Positions 18,486 through 27,480 of a stretch of 64,000 bases of DNA are shown here, piece by piece. The DNA lies in NCBI GenBank assembly GCA_965279515.1, contig CBDIID010000003.1:1856001-1920000 (forward strand). Direction: 5' to 3'. Below the pieces are notes generated by a model. The model did not search any database and was not told where the DNA came from. It saw nothing but the letters and a program-made list of their open reading frames with translations. The position numbers and the translations under genes were made by a program. This DNA comes from Turneriella sp. (GTDB lineage: Bacteria > Spirochaetota > Leptospiria > Turneriellales > Turneriellaceae). How positions within the stretch are numbered: the stretch's first letter is position 1; the number at the start of each line of letters is the position of its first letter.

Positions 18486-19628
18486 ATGAAAATAAACGAT
18501 TTTGTAAAGACGGTGACCAACAAACGCGCCGGTCGTTACGCAAAGAACAAGGTAGAAATGGGCCACTTTATCGACGATTACGTCAAAGGGCTCGTCGATA
18601 TCAACGGCGATCTGCTGAAAATCCTGGATCACAAAGACGAGATTTTTAAATTTAACTATGTCTGGCAACACTACAAGTTCGTGCTGACACGCATGATACC
18701 CGAGGTAGCGATCCACTCGATTAAGCAGGATAAACGCATCGTCAAAAAACACTACGACAACAAGAACGATCTGTTCAGCTGGTTTTTAGGGCCACGCATG
18801 ATCTATACCAGTTGTTACTTTAAGAATGAGAACGAAACCTTAGAAGCAGCGCAGGATAATAAAATGAATCTGATCGCGCAGAAAATGCAACTGAAACCGG
18901 GCGAAACACTGCTCGATATCGGCTGCGGCTGGGGCACTCTCGTCGCACACATGGCGAAACATTATGGCGTGCAATCGACCGGTGTCACCATCGCCGGTGC
19001 GGGCGCAGAATGGGGGCGCAGGCAGATTGAGGAATACGGCGCCACGGGCAAAGCCGACATCATGGTGATGGATTACCGCGAGATCCCGCGCAAGAAATAC
19101 AACAAGATTTCCTGCCTTGAAATGGCCGAGCACGTCGGCATTAAGAACTTCCGTAAGTTCATGCAGCAGTGTTATGACATGCTCGAAGACGACGGCATCT
19201 TCTATGTGCAGATTGCGGGTCTGCGCGAACGCGACAGCCTGTTCCAGAAACGCAACCGCGAAGATTTAGTTTGGGGCCTCTTTATGAACGAATACATCTT
19301 TTCGGGCGCCGACGCCAGCATGCCGATCAACTGGGATCTGCGCCATATGGAAAAGGTCGGCTTCGAGGTGCAAAGTGTCGAAAACATCGGCATCCATTAT
19401 TCGAAGACCATTAACTACTGGTACGACAACTGGCTGAGCAACAAAGACAAGGTGATCGCGAAGTACAGCATCGAAACATTCCGGATTTACGAGATCTTTC
19501 TGGCCTGGTCGGTTGTGATCGCCAAACACGGCGGCTCATCGGCATACCAGATTGTCTGCCACAAGAACCTCAATAAGCTGAACCGCAAGCGGTATATCGG
19601 CAAGACCGCCCTAGGCAACGCGGCCTGA
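18486..19628 (+). CDS. SAM-dependent lipid methyltransferase, CFA/CMAS family (sphingolipid C9-methyltransferase-like)
   Basis: HYD, FLGPRMIYTS, LLDIGCGWG, LEMAEHVG, YIFSG. Confidence 0.9.
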   Translation: MKINDFVKTVTNKRAGRYAKNKVEMGHFIDDYVKGLVDINGDLLKILDHKDEIFKFNYVWQHYKFVLTRMIPEVAIHSIKQDKRIVKKHYDNKNDLFSWFLGPRMIYTSCYFKNENETLEAAQDNKMNLIAQKMQLKPGETLLDIGCGWGTLVAHMAKHYGVQSTGVTIAGAGAEWGRRQIEEYGATGKADIMVMDYREIPRKKYNKISCLEMAEHVGIKNFRKFMQQCYDMLEDDGIFYVQIAGLRERDSLFQKRNREDLVWGLFMNEYIFSGADASMPINWDLRHMEKVGFEVQSVENIGIHYSKTINYWYDNWLSNKDKVIAKYSIETFRIYEIFLAWSVVIAKHGGSSAYQIVCHKNLNKLNRKRYIGKTALGNAA

Positions 19629-19769
19629 TTTTCATCAGGGTATCGGGCCCGCGGAGGGCCTGTCATATTTCTTTTCACCACCCTGTGTCTTTTAAGCAAT
19701 TCATAATTCCATACTGGTTCGGAAAAATCCGGTCGACCTGCGTCACGTACTAATTTATGTGCCTCACCT

Positions 19770-20276
19770 ATGATAACTAAATTGCATGTAAAAATCATCC
19801 TCTTTGCGGCGCTGTTCACCTACAGCTGGGTTGTCAGTCAATCTTACATGTACGTAATTGCGCTTGAAAATGTGCAGATGATAATGAATGCCCCCGCTTA
19901 CATTGAACTGCGTCATCTGCTCGACGCAAGTTTCAGGGCGAATTTCAAGTTTGTTTTGATTGGCGCACTCGCAAGCAACCTCTTGCTTGTGGTTATGACG
20001 ATTCGAAACTACCACAGCATGCTATTTATCGCAGCCGCATTTTCATTTCTTGCGTTACTTGTGGATCTTCTATTGACCTTGAAGGGAAATGTCCCTATCA
20101 ACGATCTCATCAACACATGGACTGCAACCAACCACCCCATGGATTGGTCGGCGACTCGCTCAGAGTGGCTCAGAATTTTCCACTATCGTCAGATAGCGAA
20201 TGTTTCTGGTTTTGTGATCCTGCTTGCAGGAGCGATCTTCGGGCTGCGCAGCTCAAACGCTTCCGCAACCCGATAG
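19770..20276 (+). CDS. DUF1772 / anthrone-oxygenase-like membrane protein
   Basis: Four TM; NVPIN...W...W...R pattern. Confidence 0.7.
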   Translation: MITKLHVKIILFAALFTYSWVVSQSYMYVIALENVQMIMNAPAYIELRHLLDASFRANFKFVLIGALASNLLLVVMTIRNYHSMLFIAAAFSFLALLVDLLLTLKGNVPINDLINTWTATNHPMDWSATRSEWLRIFHYRQIANVSGFVILLAGAIFGLRSSNASATR

Positions 20277-20289
20277 ATTCGTGAACCGA

Positions 20290-21285
20290 TCAGGGCCCTA
20301 TATACTTTTTCTTCGCCGCGTTATGCTCTTTAAAATCTTTTGAGAAATGGTGGGCATCATCGCCCTTGAGGACGAAGAATTTATAGTCGGTTTTTTCGGG
20401 ATTCACCGTCGCGTTGATTGCCGCAAGGCCGGGTGAGCCGATCGGCCCGGGGGGTAATCCCTTCACCTTATAGGTATTATAAGGAGATTCCACTTCAAGG
20501 TCTTTGTAGAACAGGCGTGCCTTGGGTTTTTCAAACAGATACTGCACCGTCGCGCACGATTCCAGCGGCTCGCTGTCGCGCAGGCGGTTGTGAAAGACAG
20601 CGGCAATCAGCGGGCGTTCGTCTTTGCGCTTGGCTTCGCGCTCGACAATGCTCGAAAGAATGATCATCTCGTGGATCTTGCGCGGATCGCTCGGGAAATT
20701 TTTTACCTCTTTGACTTTTTCGTAAAAATGATCGATCATGTGCTCGATGATTTTATCTTTGGGATAACCTTGCGGCAAAAAATATGTGTCCGGAAAAAGG
20801 TAACCTTCGACCGACTGCGCGGGGATCTTATACTTATCGAGAATAGATTTTTTTGAAGCGTACTGCATAAACTCTTCGCGCGATGTGAAGAACTTCTTCG
20901 CGACGAAGAGATCCGCAATCTGGCGGTCATGCAGACCCTCGGCAATCGTGACGCTGACGGTCTTGGTTTTACCGCTCGTCAGTGCCTGTGCGATCTTCGA
21001 CGCCGACATGCCGTCGGTCAGGTCATAGATGCCGAATTTAATCTTCGACGCCTTGCCGGTCATGCGCATATAAATCTTAAAGAAGAACTGGCTTTGTATG
21101 AGATTGGCTTCGGCGAGGCGCGCCGAGACCGACGCGAGGTTCGAACCCGAGCGCACGGCAAAATCCACGTGGCGCGAACCATCGGCAGTGGCGCGTAAGC
21201 TGAAGAACATGACACCGAGGCCGATCAAAATTACCGCGGCCACGGAGGCCATAATCACCACGAAAGGCTTTCTGAGCTTATGCAT
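20290..21285 (-). CDS. mltG: Endolytic transglycosylase MltG
   Basis: N-terminal TM, TIAEG, EGYLFPDTY, SIVERE, SPYNTY, GLPPGPI; start uncertain (21285 or 21300). Confidence 0.93.
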   Translation of the reverse strand: MHKLRKPFVVIMASVAAVILIGLGVMFFSLRATADGSRHVDFAVRSGSNLASVSARLAEANLIQSQFFFKIYMRMTGKASKIKFGIYDLTDGMSASKIAQALTSGKTKTVSVTIAEGLHDRQIADLFVAKKFFTSREEFMQYASKKSILDKYKIPAQSVEGYLFPDTYFLPQGYPKDKIIEHMIDHFYEKVKEVKNFPSDPRKIHEMIILSSIVEREAKRKDERPLIAAVFHNRLRDSEPLESCATVQYLFEKPKARLFYKDLEVESPYNTYKVKGLPPGPIGSPGLAAINATVNPEKTDYKFFVLKGDDAHHFSKDFKEHNAAKKKYIGP

Positions 21286-21352
21286 GTTATCCTGCAACAT
21301 TCGGCCCGTTACAATGGATTGACATGCTGTAAAGAGTGATAGGTCTTCTACG

Positions 21353-23533
21353 ATGCGCTCTTTTTTCCTCGCCCTCTGCTCGCTTTTTATTGCCTGCAAG
21401 GCCCCCTCTGCGGTCGACGACCTGCTAAACCGTTATGCAAAAACCGATGCGGCAAACCCGAACAGCTATCTCACCTTCTATGCCCAGGGTTTGAAGCTCA
21501 GCGAAAAAAGCCAGCTCGCCGGTAAAATGCGCGCATTTTTCCTCGCGGCGATGCTGGAACCCGATCTCAAAAATCCCTGCTCGCAGTGGGATTGCCTGCT
21601 GACCGGACTTAAGGACCTGAAAGAAAAGCGCCGCTCTGCACTTTTCCCATATGCCCTCTATCAGTTGGGGCTTATCGCCGAAAAACAGAACCTGTTTAAT
21701 GAGGCCCTGCAGCTGATGGCGATCGAAGCGTCGCCACCCCTGCCCCTCGAACGCAAGATGTCCCTGCTCAAGGGGCGCCTGTTGCAATTCACTGCTTCTC
21801 CGGAGACGGCGGCTCATTTCCGCAAACACGCCGAAAAATTCAGCGACGCGGAAAGCTTATACTTTTCCGCTGCGGCCCTCGACCGCGCAGGCGATAAGCA
21901 GGGTGCGCTCAATATCGCACTCAAGGTGCTCGATAAACCCGAAGCGGATTCCCCGTTTTCGCAGAGTGGGCTACTGATACGCAATATCATGAACAAGGGC
22001 ATCTACACGATGCCCGATACCACACAGCGCATTCGGCTGATGGAAGCGCTGCGCATCGCCAAAGATAAACAGAGTGCATTGAAACTCTTCGACACCCTAA
22101 AGCCTGCAAAACTCAGTGGCAGCGACGCGTTACTATTCACCCACTACGGCGCGCGCCTGATGATCGACCAGGGCAATCTCGCGGCCACAGCGAACCTGGT
22201 TTCAACACACGCCCATGAGTTTTTGGGCGAAGGCAATGACAAACCGGCGCTGGATATCTGTGAACGTCTCTTAAAGAAGAAACAGTTCGGGCTCGCCGCC
22301 TCGCTCTACGCGATCACTCCCCCTTCGAAAGCCCGGCTGCAATGCCAGCTGCGGCGCGTACAACGCGAAAGCAAACTCGATGCCGCGGCGCGCAAGATCG
22401 CGGCGCAGTACATCAAGGACTTTGACGGCGACTCGACATTGGCCGAGCGCGTGTTCCTCAGATCATGCCTGCCCGAAACCCGCAGCAGGCGCGGCGAAAT
22501 CTCGATACCCTGCCTCGAAGAGCTGCGCGAAGTATCGCGCGGTAAATCGGTCGGGGCCGGCGCGCGTTACTACCTCGCGCGTGAATACGATAGGGCGGGT
22601 CAGGCAGAAAAGGTGCGCGAGCTCTTGGGCGAAATCGCAGCCGACTATAACGATGATTTCTATTTTTTCCGCCTGATGGAAAAACCGCTGCGCGCACAAA
22701 AGGAATTCGCCGCGTCCCTGCCGTCGTCTAAAGATAGAAATACGAAAATTCTCGCGGCGCTGCTCTCTGCCGATCTCTCGCTCGCGCAGGATGTCGATGT
22801 GAATCCTCATCTCAAGGATCTCGAAAAAGAGATAAAAAACCTCGGTAAAGATTTCGATGCCGCCCGGCAAATGGCGCTGCTGTTATTCGCCGCCGACAGC
22901 CGCGACGAGGCGCGCGAGCTCATGCGCGGCGATGAAAAAATTCAGATCCATAAGAATCTGATCGCCATGGGGGCAATCGCCGATAAGGCCGACATCGCGC
23001 TGTTCGGGGTAAGACAATACCTGCGCGAAAAGAAGCTAAAACCCTTCCTGTTTGAAATCCCTCCCTATCTGCGCAGCCTGCTCTACCCGACGACGTATGC
23101 CGCGCATGTTGAAAAATACGGAAAAAAACAGGGCATCGAAATGCCCGAAATCTTCGCGCTGATCCGCCAGGAATCGCAGTTTTTTCCGGGGGCGCTCAGC
23201 ATCGCCAATGCGCAGGGCCTCATGCAGCTTCTACCCTCGACCGCCAAACTGGTCGCGAGAAAAGAGGGTATGGCCTCGTATAACCTGATGAAGGCAGAGG
23301 ACAACATCCGCCTCGGCACCGGTTTTATGCGCGATATCATGGACAATTACACGGCAGACTATGTCGGCATTGCCATTGCCTATAACGCGGGCCCGGGCCG
23401 CTATACGCAGTGGAAAAAGAAGTACTCTAACGACGACGACATCTTCATCGAGGAAATCCCCTTTCAGGAGACCTACCACTACGTGCGGGTTTTGCTTGCC
23501 GACCGCGCGAAGTATCGGGCTATCATGCGCTAA
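21353..23533 (+). CDS. Slt-family lytic transglycosylase lipoprotein
   Basis: Lipobox FIAC; helical repeats; IRQES, AQGLMQL, AYNAGPG, ETYHYV. Confidence 0.92.
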   Translation: MRSFFLALCSLFIACKAPSAVDDLLNRYAKTDAANPNSYLTFYAQGLKLSEKSQLAGKMRAFFLAAMLEPDLKNPCSQWDCLLTGLKDLKEKRRSALFPYALYQLGLIAEKQNLFNEALQLMAIEASPPLPLERKMSLLKGRLLQFTASPETAAHFRKHAEKFSDAESLYFSAAALDRAGDKQGALNIALKVLDKPEADSPFSQSGLLIRNIMNKGIYTMPDTTQRIRLMEALRIAKDKQSALKLFDTLKPAKLSGSDALLFTHYGARLMIDQGNLAATANLVSTHAHEFLGEGNDKPALDICERLLKKKQFGLAASLYAITPPSKARLQCQLRRVQRESKLDAAARKIAAQYIKDFDGDSTLAERVFLRSCLPETRSRRGEISIPCLEELREVSRGKSVGAGARYYLAREYDRAGQAEKVRELLGEIAADYNDDFYFFRLMEKPLRAQKEFAASLPSSKDRNTKILAALLSADLSLAQDVDVNPHLKDLEKEIKNLGKDFDAARQMALLLFAADSRDEARELMRGDEKIQIHKNLIAMGAIADKADIALFGVRQYLREKKLKPFLFEIPPYLRSLLYPTTYAAHVEKYGKKQGIEMPEIFALIRQESQFFPGALSIANAQGLMQLLPSTAKLVARKEGMASYNLMKAEDNIRLGTGFMRDIMDNYTADYVGIAIAYNAGPGRYTQWKKKYSNDDDIFIEEIPFQETYHYVRVLLADRAKYRAIMR

Positions 23534-23538
23534 AGGCC

Positions 23539-25401
23539 ATGACCGGAAAAAAGCTACTCGAGGTTGCCCGCAAAAGTCCGCTCTTCAGAACTATCGGCGA
23601 TCGCCAGCTCAGAACTATCCTGAAGCATTTTCATATACGCCGGCTGGAAAAAGGGGAGTATCTTTTCCGCGCTGAAGAACGCAGCCGCGTCATGTACTTT
23701 ATCACCGACGGCAAGCTGCGCGTAGAAAAGCTCACCACAGAAAACCAGGTCATTAAGATCGCAGCACTCACTCCGGGTGATATCGTGGGCGAAGTGGCAC
23801 TATTGACCGGAGAGCGCCATTCGGGGCAGGTACGGGCGATGACCGATGCGCAGCTCGCGGGCATCAGCAAAAAAGAACTGGGCCCATTGCTGCGCCACTA
23901 CCCCAGACTGTTACAGAATCTGACACGTATCGAAGCACTGCGGCTACGCCACAATATCGTACGCGAGCACCAGGGTCTAAAAGAACTCGGCTTTATCGTC
24001 CATCTCTACTTTACGACACCTTCTGATTACGGCGCAGCGCTGCCGAATATCAACTCGGCGCTCTCCGGGCAAAAACTGAAATCGGTGCTGCTGCTCGAGC
24101 CACAGTTTATGCGCGGTGTCGGCGATGACAGCGATGAATTGCGGCGCAGGGTCAGCCAGATTCTGCTCAAAAACTCATCGGTCTATCTCTACGTTTCCGC
24201 TTCGAGTCAGGACCCCCGCATTCTGCATGCTTTGATCCGTATGGCCGACCGCCTCGTGATCACGCTCTCTGAAGACCGGGAATCGGTGCAGCGTGCCGCG
24301 CAGATTCTGACAACCCGGCAACTGCGGGACCGCGTCGCGATGCTGAACCCCTATGTCATTACGGTGCACCATGCATCGCGCGATAACTACGTTACTTCAG
24401 ACATCGAAAAACAGATTCGCATGCCGGTAAAGAGCCGGTTAAGGCTCGGTAAAGATTACTGGCAGAGTGCGGAGAACCGCCATGTGCGCATCCAGTGCGG
24501 CACGATCGCCCGGGCAATCTGCAATGCATCGCAGGGTATCGCTTTCGGCGGCGGCGGAGCCAGGGCACTCAGCGAAATCGGCATTATTTCAGAACTCGAA
24601 CGCCACCGCATTGAATTCGACCACGTCGCGGGCACGAGCATGGGTTCGCTGATCGGGGCACTCTATGCGCAGGGATTAACCTCGCGCGAAATCAGTGATC
24701 GTTTTCAGACTTTTCTTCCGACCGACAAAGGGCTCTTGCGCTATAACCTTCCCTTCATTTCATTCTTTCGCGATAAGAGCGTAAACCGCATTCTGCGCCG
24801 CCTGTTCGGCAAAACCCGGATTGAAGACCTGCCCAAACCGCTGACGATCATCGCGGCTGACCTGATCTCGGGACAGGAAATCCGCATGACCCGGGGCCTT
24901 GTATGGCGCGCCGTGCGGGCAAGCATGAGCCTGCCGGTTATTTTCGCGCCGGTTAAATACCACGGCTACTACCTGGTCGACGGAGGCGCGATCAATAACG
25001 TGCCCGGAAACGTGCTGCGCGACCAGGGAGTTACCAGTGTGCTGGGCATCAACTGCACGCCCTTGGCCGATGATGCTATCAAGGCATACCTGGCATCGAC
25101 AAATCTGTTTCAGTTGCTCAAGCCCGGTGATAAATTCTGGCGTAACCTGCGGCGTTTTTTCAAACTGCTGCGGCTTTTTTTTACCCGGCCGCCGATTCTG
25201 CAAATCGCCAACCGCGCGATGATGCTCGAGGGTTCGGAGCTTATCCGCCAGAAGTCACGCGAGTTCGATTTATTGTTGAGTCCCGACGTGGCGCGGTTTG
25301 GCCTGTTTGATTTTGAGCGCCGGGAAGAGATTATCGACGCCGGGCGCTATTATGCCCGCTCGCATGCGGGTGATTTAAAGAAGCTATTCCGAAAGAGCTA
25401 A
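23539..25401 (+). CDS. cNMP-binding domain + patatin-like phospholipase
   Basis: GDIVGEVALL cNMP fold; GGGGARA, GTSMG, DGG. Confidence 0.92.
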   Translation: MTGKKLLEVARKSPLFRTIGDRQLRTILKHFHIRRLEKGEYLFRAEERSRVMYFITDGKLRVEKLTTENQVIKIAALTPGDIVGEVALLTGERHSGQVRAMTDAQLAGISKKELGPLLRHYPRLLQNLTRIEALRLRHNIVREHQGLKELGFIVHLYFTTPSDYGAALPNINSALSGQKLKSVLLLEPQFMRGVGDDSDELRRRVSQILLKNSSVYLYVSASSQDPRILHALIRMADRLVITLSEDRESVQRAAQILTTRQLRDRVAMLNPYVITVHHASRDNYVTSDIEKQIRMPVKSRLRLGKDYWQSAENRHVRIQCGTIARAICNASQGIAFGGGGARALSEIGIISELERHRIEFDHVAGTSMGSLIGALYAQGLTSREISDRFQTFLPTDKGLLRYNLPFISFFRDKSVNRILRRLFGKTRIEDLPKPLTIIAADLISGQEIRMTRGLVWRAVRASMSLPVIFAPVKYHGYYLVDGGAINNVPGNVLRDQGVTSVLGINCTPLADDAIKAYLASTNLFQLLKPGDKFWRNLRRFFKLLRLFFTRPPILQIANRAMMLEGSELIRQKSREFDLLLSPDVARFGLFDFERREEIIDAGRYYARSHAGDLKKLFRKS

Positions 25402-25427
25402 ACGGCAGCATTACGCCCCGCAGGGCG

Positions 25428-26225
25428 TCACTTAATCCGCGCCTGCTGCATGGTAAAATCCATGCCCGCAGAGAATTTTTCGATTTCGAGCATCGTTTCG
25501 CGCGTTGTGTCCATCTTGGTTGTGATCGCTTCGACCTGCTTCGCAATCAGCTGCGGATCGAACACCTGGACAGACTGGTCGCGCAGGTATTTGAACGTCT
25601 CTTCGATCATCTCGATCTGTGCAATGAGCTTCTTTTTGCTGGCTTCGGCATCGCGGACAATATCGCCGCGCTTCTGCACAAGCTCAATGCGGCGCGTCAG
25701 CGCATCGCGGGTCTCTGGCGCCGTGTCGGCAGGCAACGCGCCCAGATCTGCCTTGAGTTTATCAAGCTCCGCATCATGCCCGGTGCCCGCCGCTTTTTGC
25801 ATGTCGTCGAGACGACAGTAGCTGTTCAGCAGTTGCACAAAATTCTTTTCGAGTTCGTCAAGCCCCGAAAGCATCGCTTCGCTCGATGACACGGATGCCT
25901 TGCTGTTTTGCCGCGTGTTCTGCTTGATACGGCGGATGATATCTTCAGCGGGAGACATCTTCGCCTTCATCGGCGACTGCGAACCGTACACGGCATTGCG
26001 CATGCGGCGCACTTCATCTTTCTCTTTTTCGCCGCCTTCGATGGCATCGACCGCGCGCTGAAAACGTTTATTCGTCGCGGCGCCGATCAGGTAAAGCGTC
26101 TCAAGAACGAAGATGACCGGATACCAGAGCGCATTCGACCAGGTGAAGAAAATGCCGGCAACCAGCGAGCCGCCGAAAACCAGGAGGTTCCATTTGTTGA
26201 TTAAGGCATGCCAGATGTAACTCAT
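25428..26225 (-). CDS. Hypothetical membrane-anchored coiled-coil protein
   Basis: Two N-terminal TMs, long helical region; overlaps the upstream gene stop (ATGA). Confidence 0.8.
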   Translation of the reverse strand: MSYIWHALINKWNLLVFGGSLVAGIFFTWSNALWYPVIFVLETLYLIGAATNKRFQRAVDAIEGGEKEKDEVRRMRNAVYGSQSPMKAKMSPAEDIIRRIKQNTRQNSKASVSSSEAMLSGLDELEKNFVQLLNSYCRLDDMQKAAGTGHDAELDKLKADLGALPADTAPETRDALTRRIELVQKRGDIVRDAEASKKKLIAQIEMIEETFKYLRDQSVQVFDPQLIAKQVEAITTKMDTTRETMLEIEKFSAGMDFTMQQARIK

Positions 26226-26647
26226 CCCAGCACCTCTTTCGCAACAGCCGACGCCAGTTTGCCGTCATATTGCCCGTCATGGTTTGTTTTGAGATATTTC
26301 ATCGCTTCGCCGATATTCGCGGCACCCGATTTTTTCAGTGCAGCTTTGAGGTCATCGGCCGACATCTGTTGCGGTAAATAAGACAGCAGGATATCCCTCT
26401 CGACCTTAAAGGCATCGGCGCGTGTGGCGTCCATTTTACCCTGCGCTGCGAGGGCGAGGTTTTCTTCGACAGCTTTGAGGAACTGTTTGACGACTTTCAT
26501 GACGTCTGCTTCAGTCACAGCGCGGTGTCCATCGTCGAGAGCGAGCGCCTTGATCTGTGAAATCGCGGTGGTGAGCACGGCAGCCTTGGCTGTATCGCGC
26601 GCCTTGCGCGCCTCAAGACTCTCTTTCTGCATACGTTCGAAAAGCAT
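26222..26647 (-). CDS. GatB/YqeY domain protein
   Basis: ARKARD, ILLSYLPQQMS, IGEAMK, DGK...VAK. Confidence 0.9.
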   Translation of the reverse strand: MLFERMQKESLEARKARDTAKAAVLTTAISQIKALALDDGHRAVTEADVMKVVKQFLKAVEENLALAAQGKMDATRADAFKVERDILLSYLPQQMSADDLKAALKKSGAANIGEAMKYLKTNHDGQYDGKLASAVAKEVLG

Positions 26648-26687
26648 GAGTGAAAACGGCGTAAGAACAGAAGGCGTCAAGCCTTCT

Positions 26688-26721
26688 TAAAAAGCCCGGC
26701 CACAGGCTGTTGCCTGTGGCC
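26688..26721 (-). terminator. Intrinsic terminator after lipoprotein gene
   Basis: GGCCACAGGC-tgtt-GCCTGTGGCC perfect 10-bp stem; U-tract on minus strand. Confidence 0.65.
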
Positions 26722-26737
26722 AAAAGGGTTCAATAAA

Positions 26738-27313
26738 CTATGGGGCAACGCCGTCGAGAAGGGCGGTTGTGATATCACGCGCCTTCAACGGCATTTGGGC
26801 GACGACGCCAGTATCCACAACGGTTGTGCTGTCACTGACCGCAGTTGTTACCGTTTTCGAACCGATATCATAGACTGCACCAAAAAGATCCATCTTGATC
26901 GTTTTAGGGACTGCCATGCCGCTGCCCTTTTCTGCGCCCACGAAGATAATCGTATCAAACTTGCCGAGGCTTGATGCAACTTTTAGCACTTCGCCGAGGG
27001 CGACGGCTTTTAGGTTGGTCTGGTCTACCGCGCCGCCATTGTTAATCCCAAACTCGGCATATGCTTTGGATATACCCTGTGCCGGGCCCGGAACGGAGGG
27101 CAGTATTTTCACCGTGCCGACCTTCTGCGCGACCGATGCCGCAAACGCTTTAGATGCCGCTGAGTCGCCCGAGGCATTGTCTTCAGCGACAATCAGAACG
27201 CTTTTTCCAGTCAGGTTGACTTTTGTCGATTTATCCGGGTGGCGGGCAGCGCCGCTGCCGCAGGCGATGAACGCTGCAGCACACAATGCTGTTACAATTA
27301 TTTTCATTTTCAT
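26738..27313 (-). CDS. Lipoprotein, hypothetical
   Basis: MKMKIIVTALCAAAFIAC lipobox; GGAG upstream. Confidence 0.85.
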   Translation of the reverse strand: MKMKIIVTALCAAAFIACGSGAARHPDKSTKVNLTGKSVLIVAEDNASGDSAASKAFAASVAQKVGTVKILPSVPGPAQGISKAYAEFGINNGGAVDQTNLKAVALGEVLKVASSLGKFDTIIFVGAEKGSGMAVPKTIKMDLFGAVYDIGSKTVTTAVSDSTTVVDTGVVAQMPLKARDITTALLDGVAP

Positions 27314-27480
27314 AATAAGTTCTCCGTTGGTTTTTGATCGTTACTTGTCTCAAGAGGCAAGCGTATGGCTCTAGTCGACCCCAGTGGCAGCGTCGATGAT
27401 TTTTCCCTTTCTGTCTACGCTAAGGCGCCGTAGGACGCTATTTTGGTTGACCTAAGGTTTACGGCACATGCGCATGAACA

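Noticed and set aside
19629..20289. AT-richer DUF1772 gene as another cassette
   Set aside because: No complementary ends or att-like structure seen.
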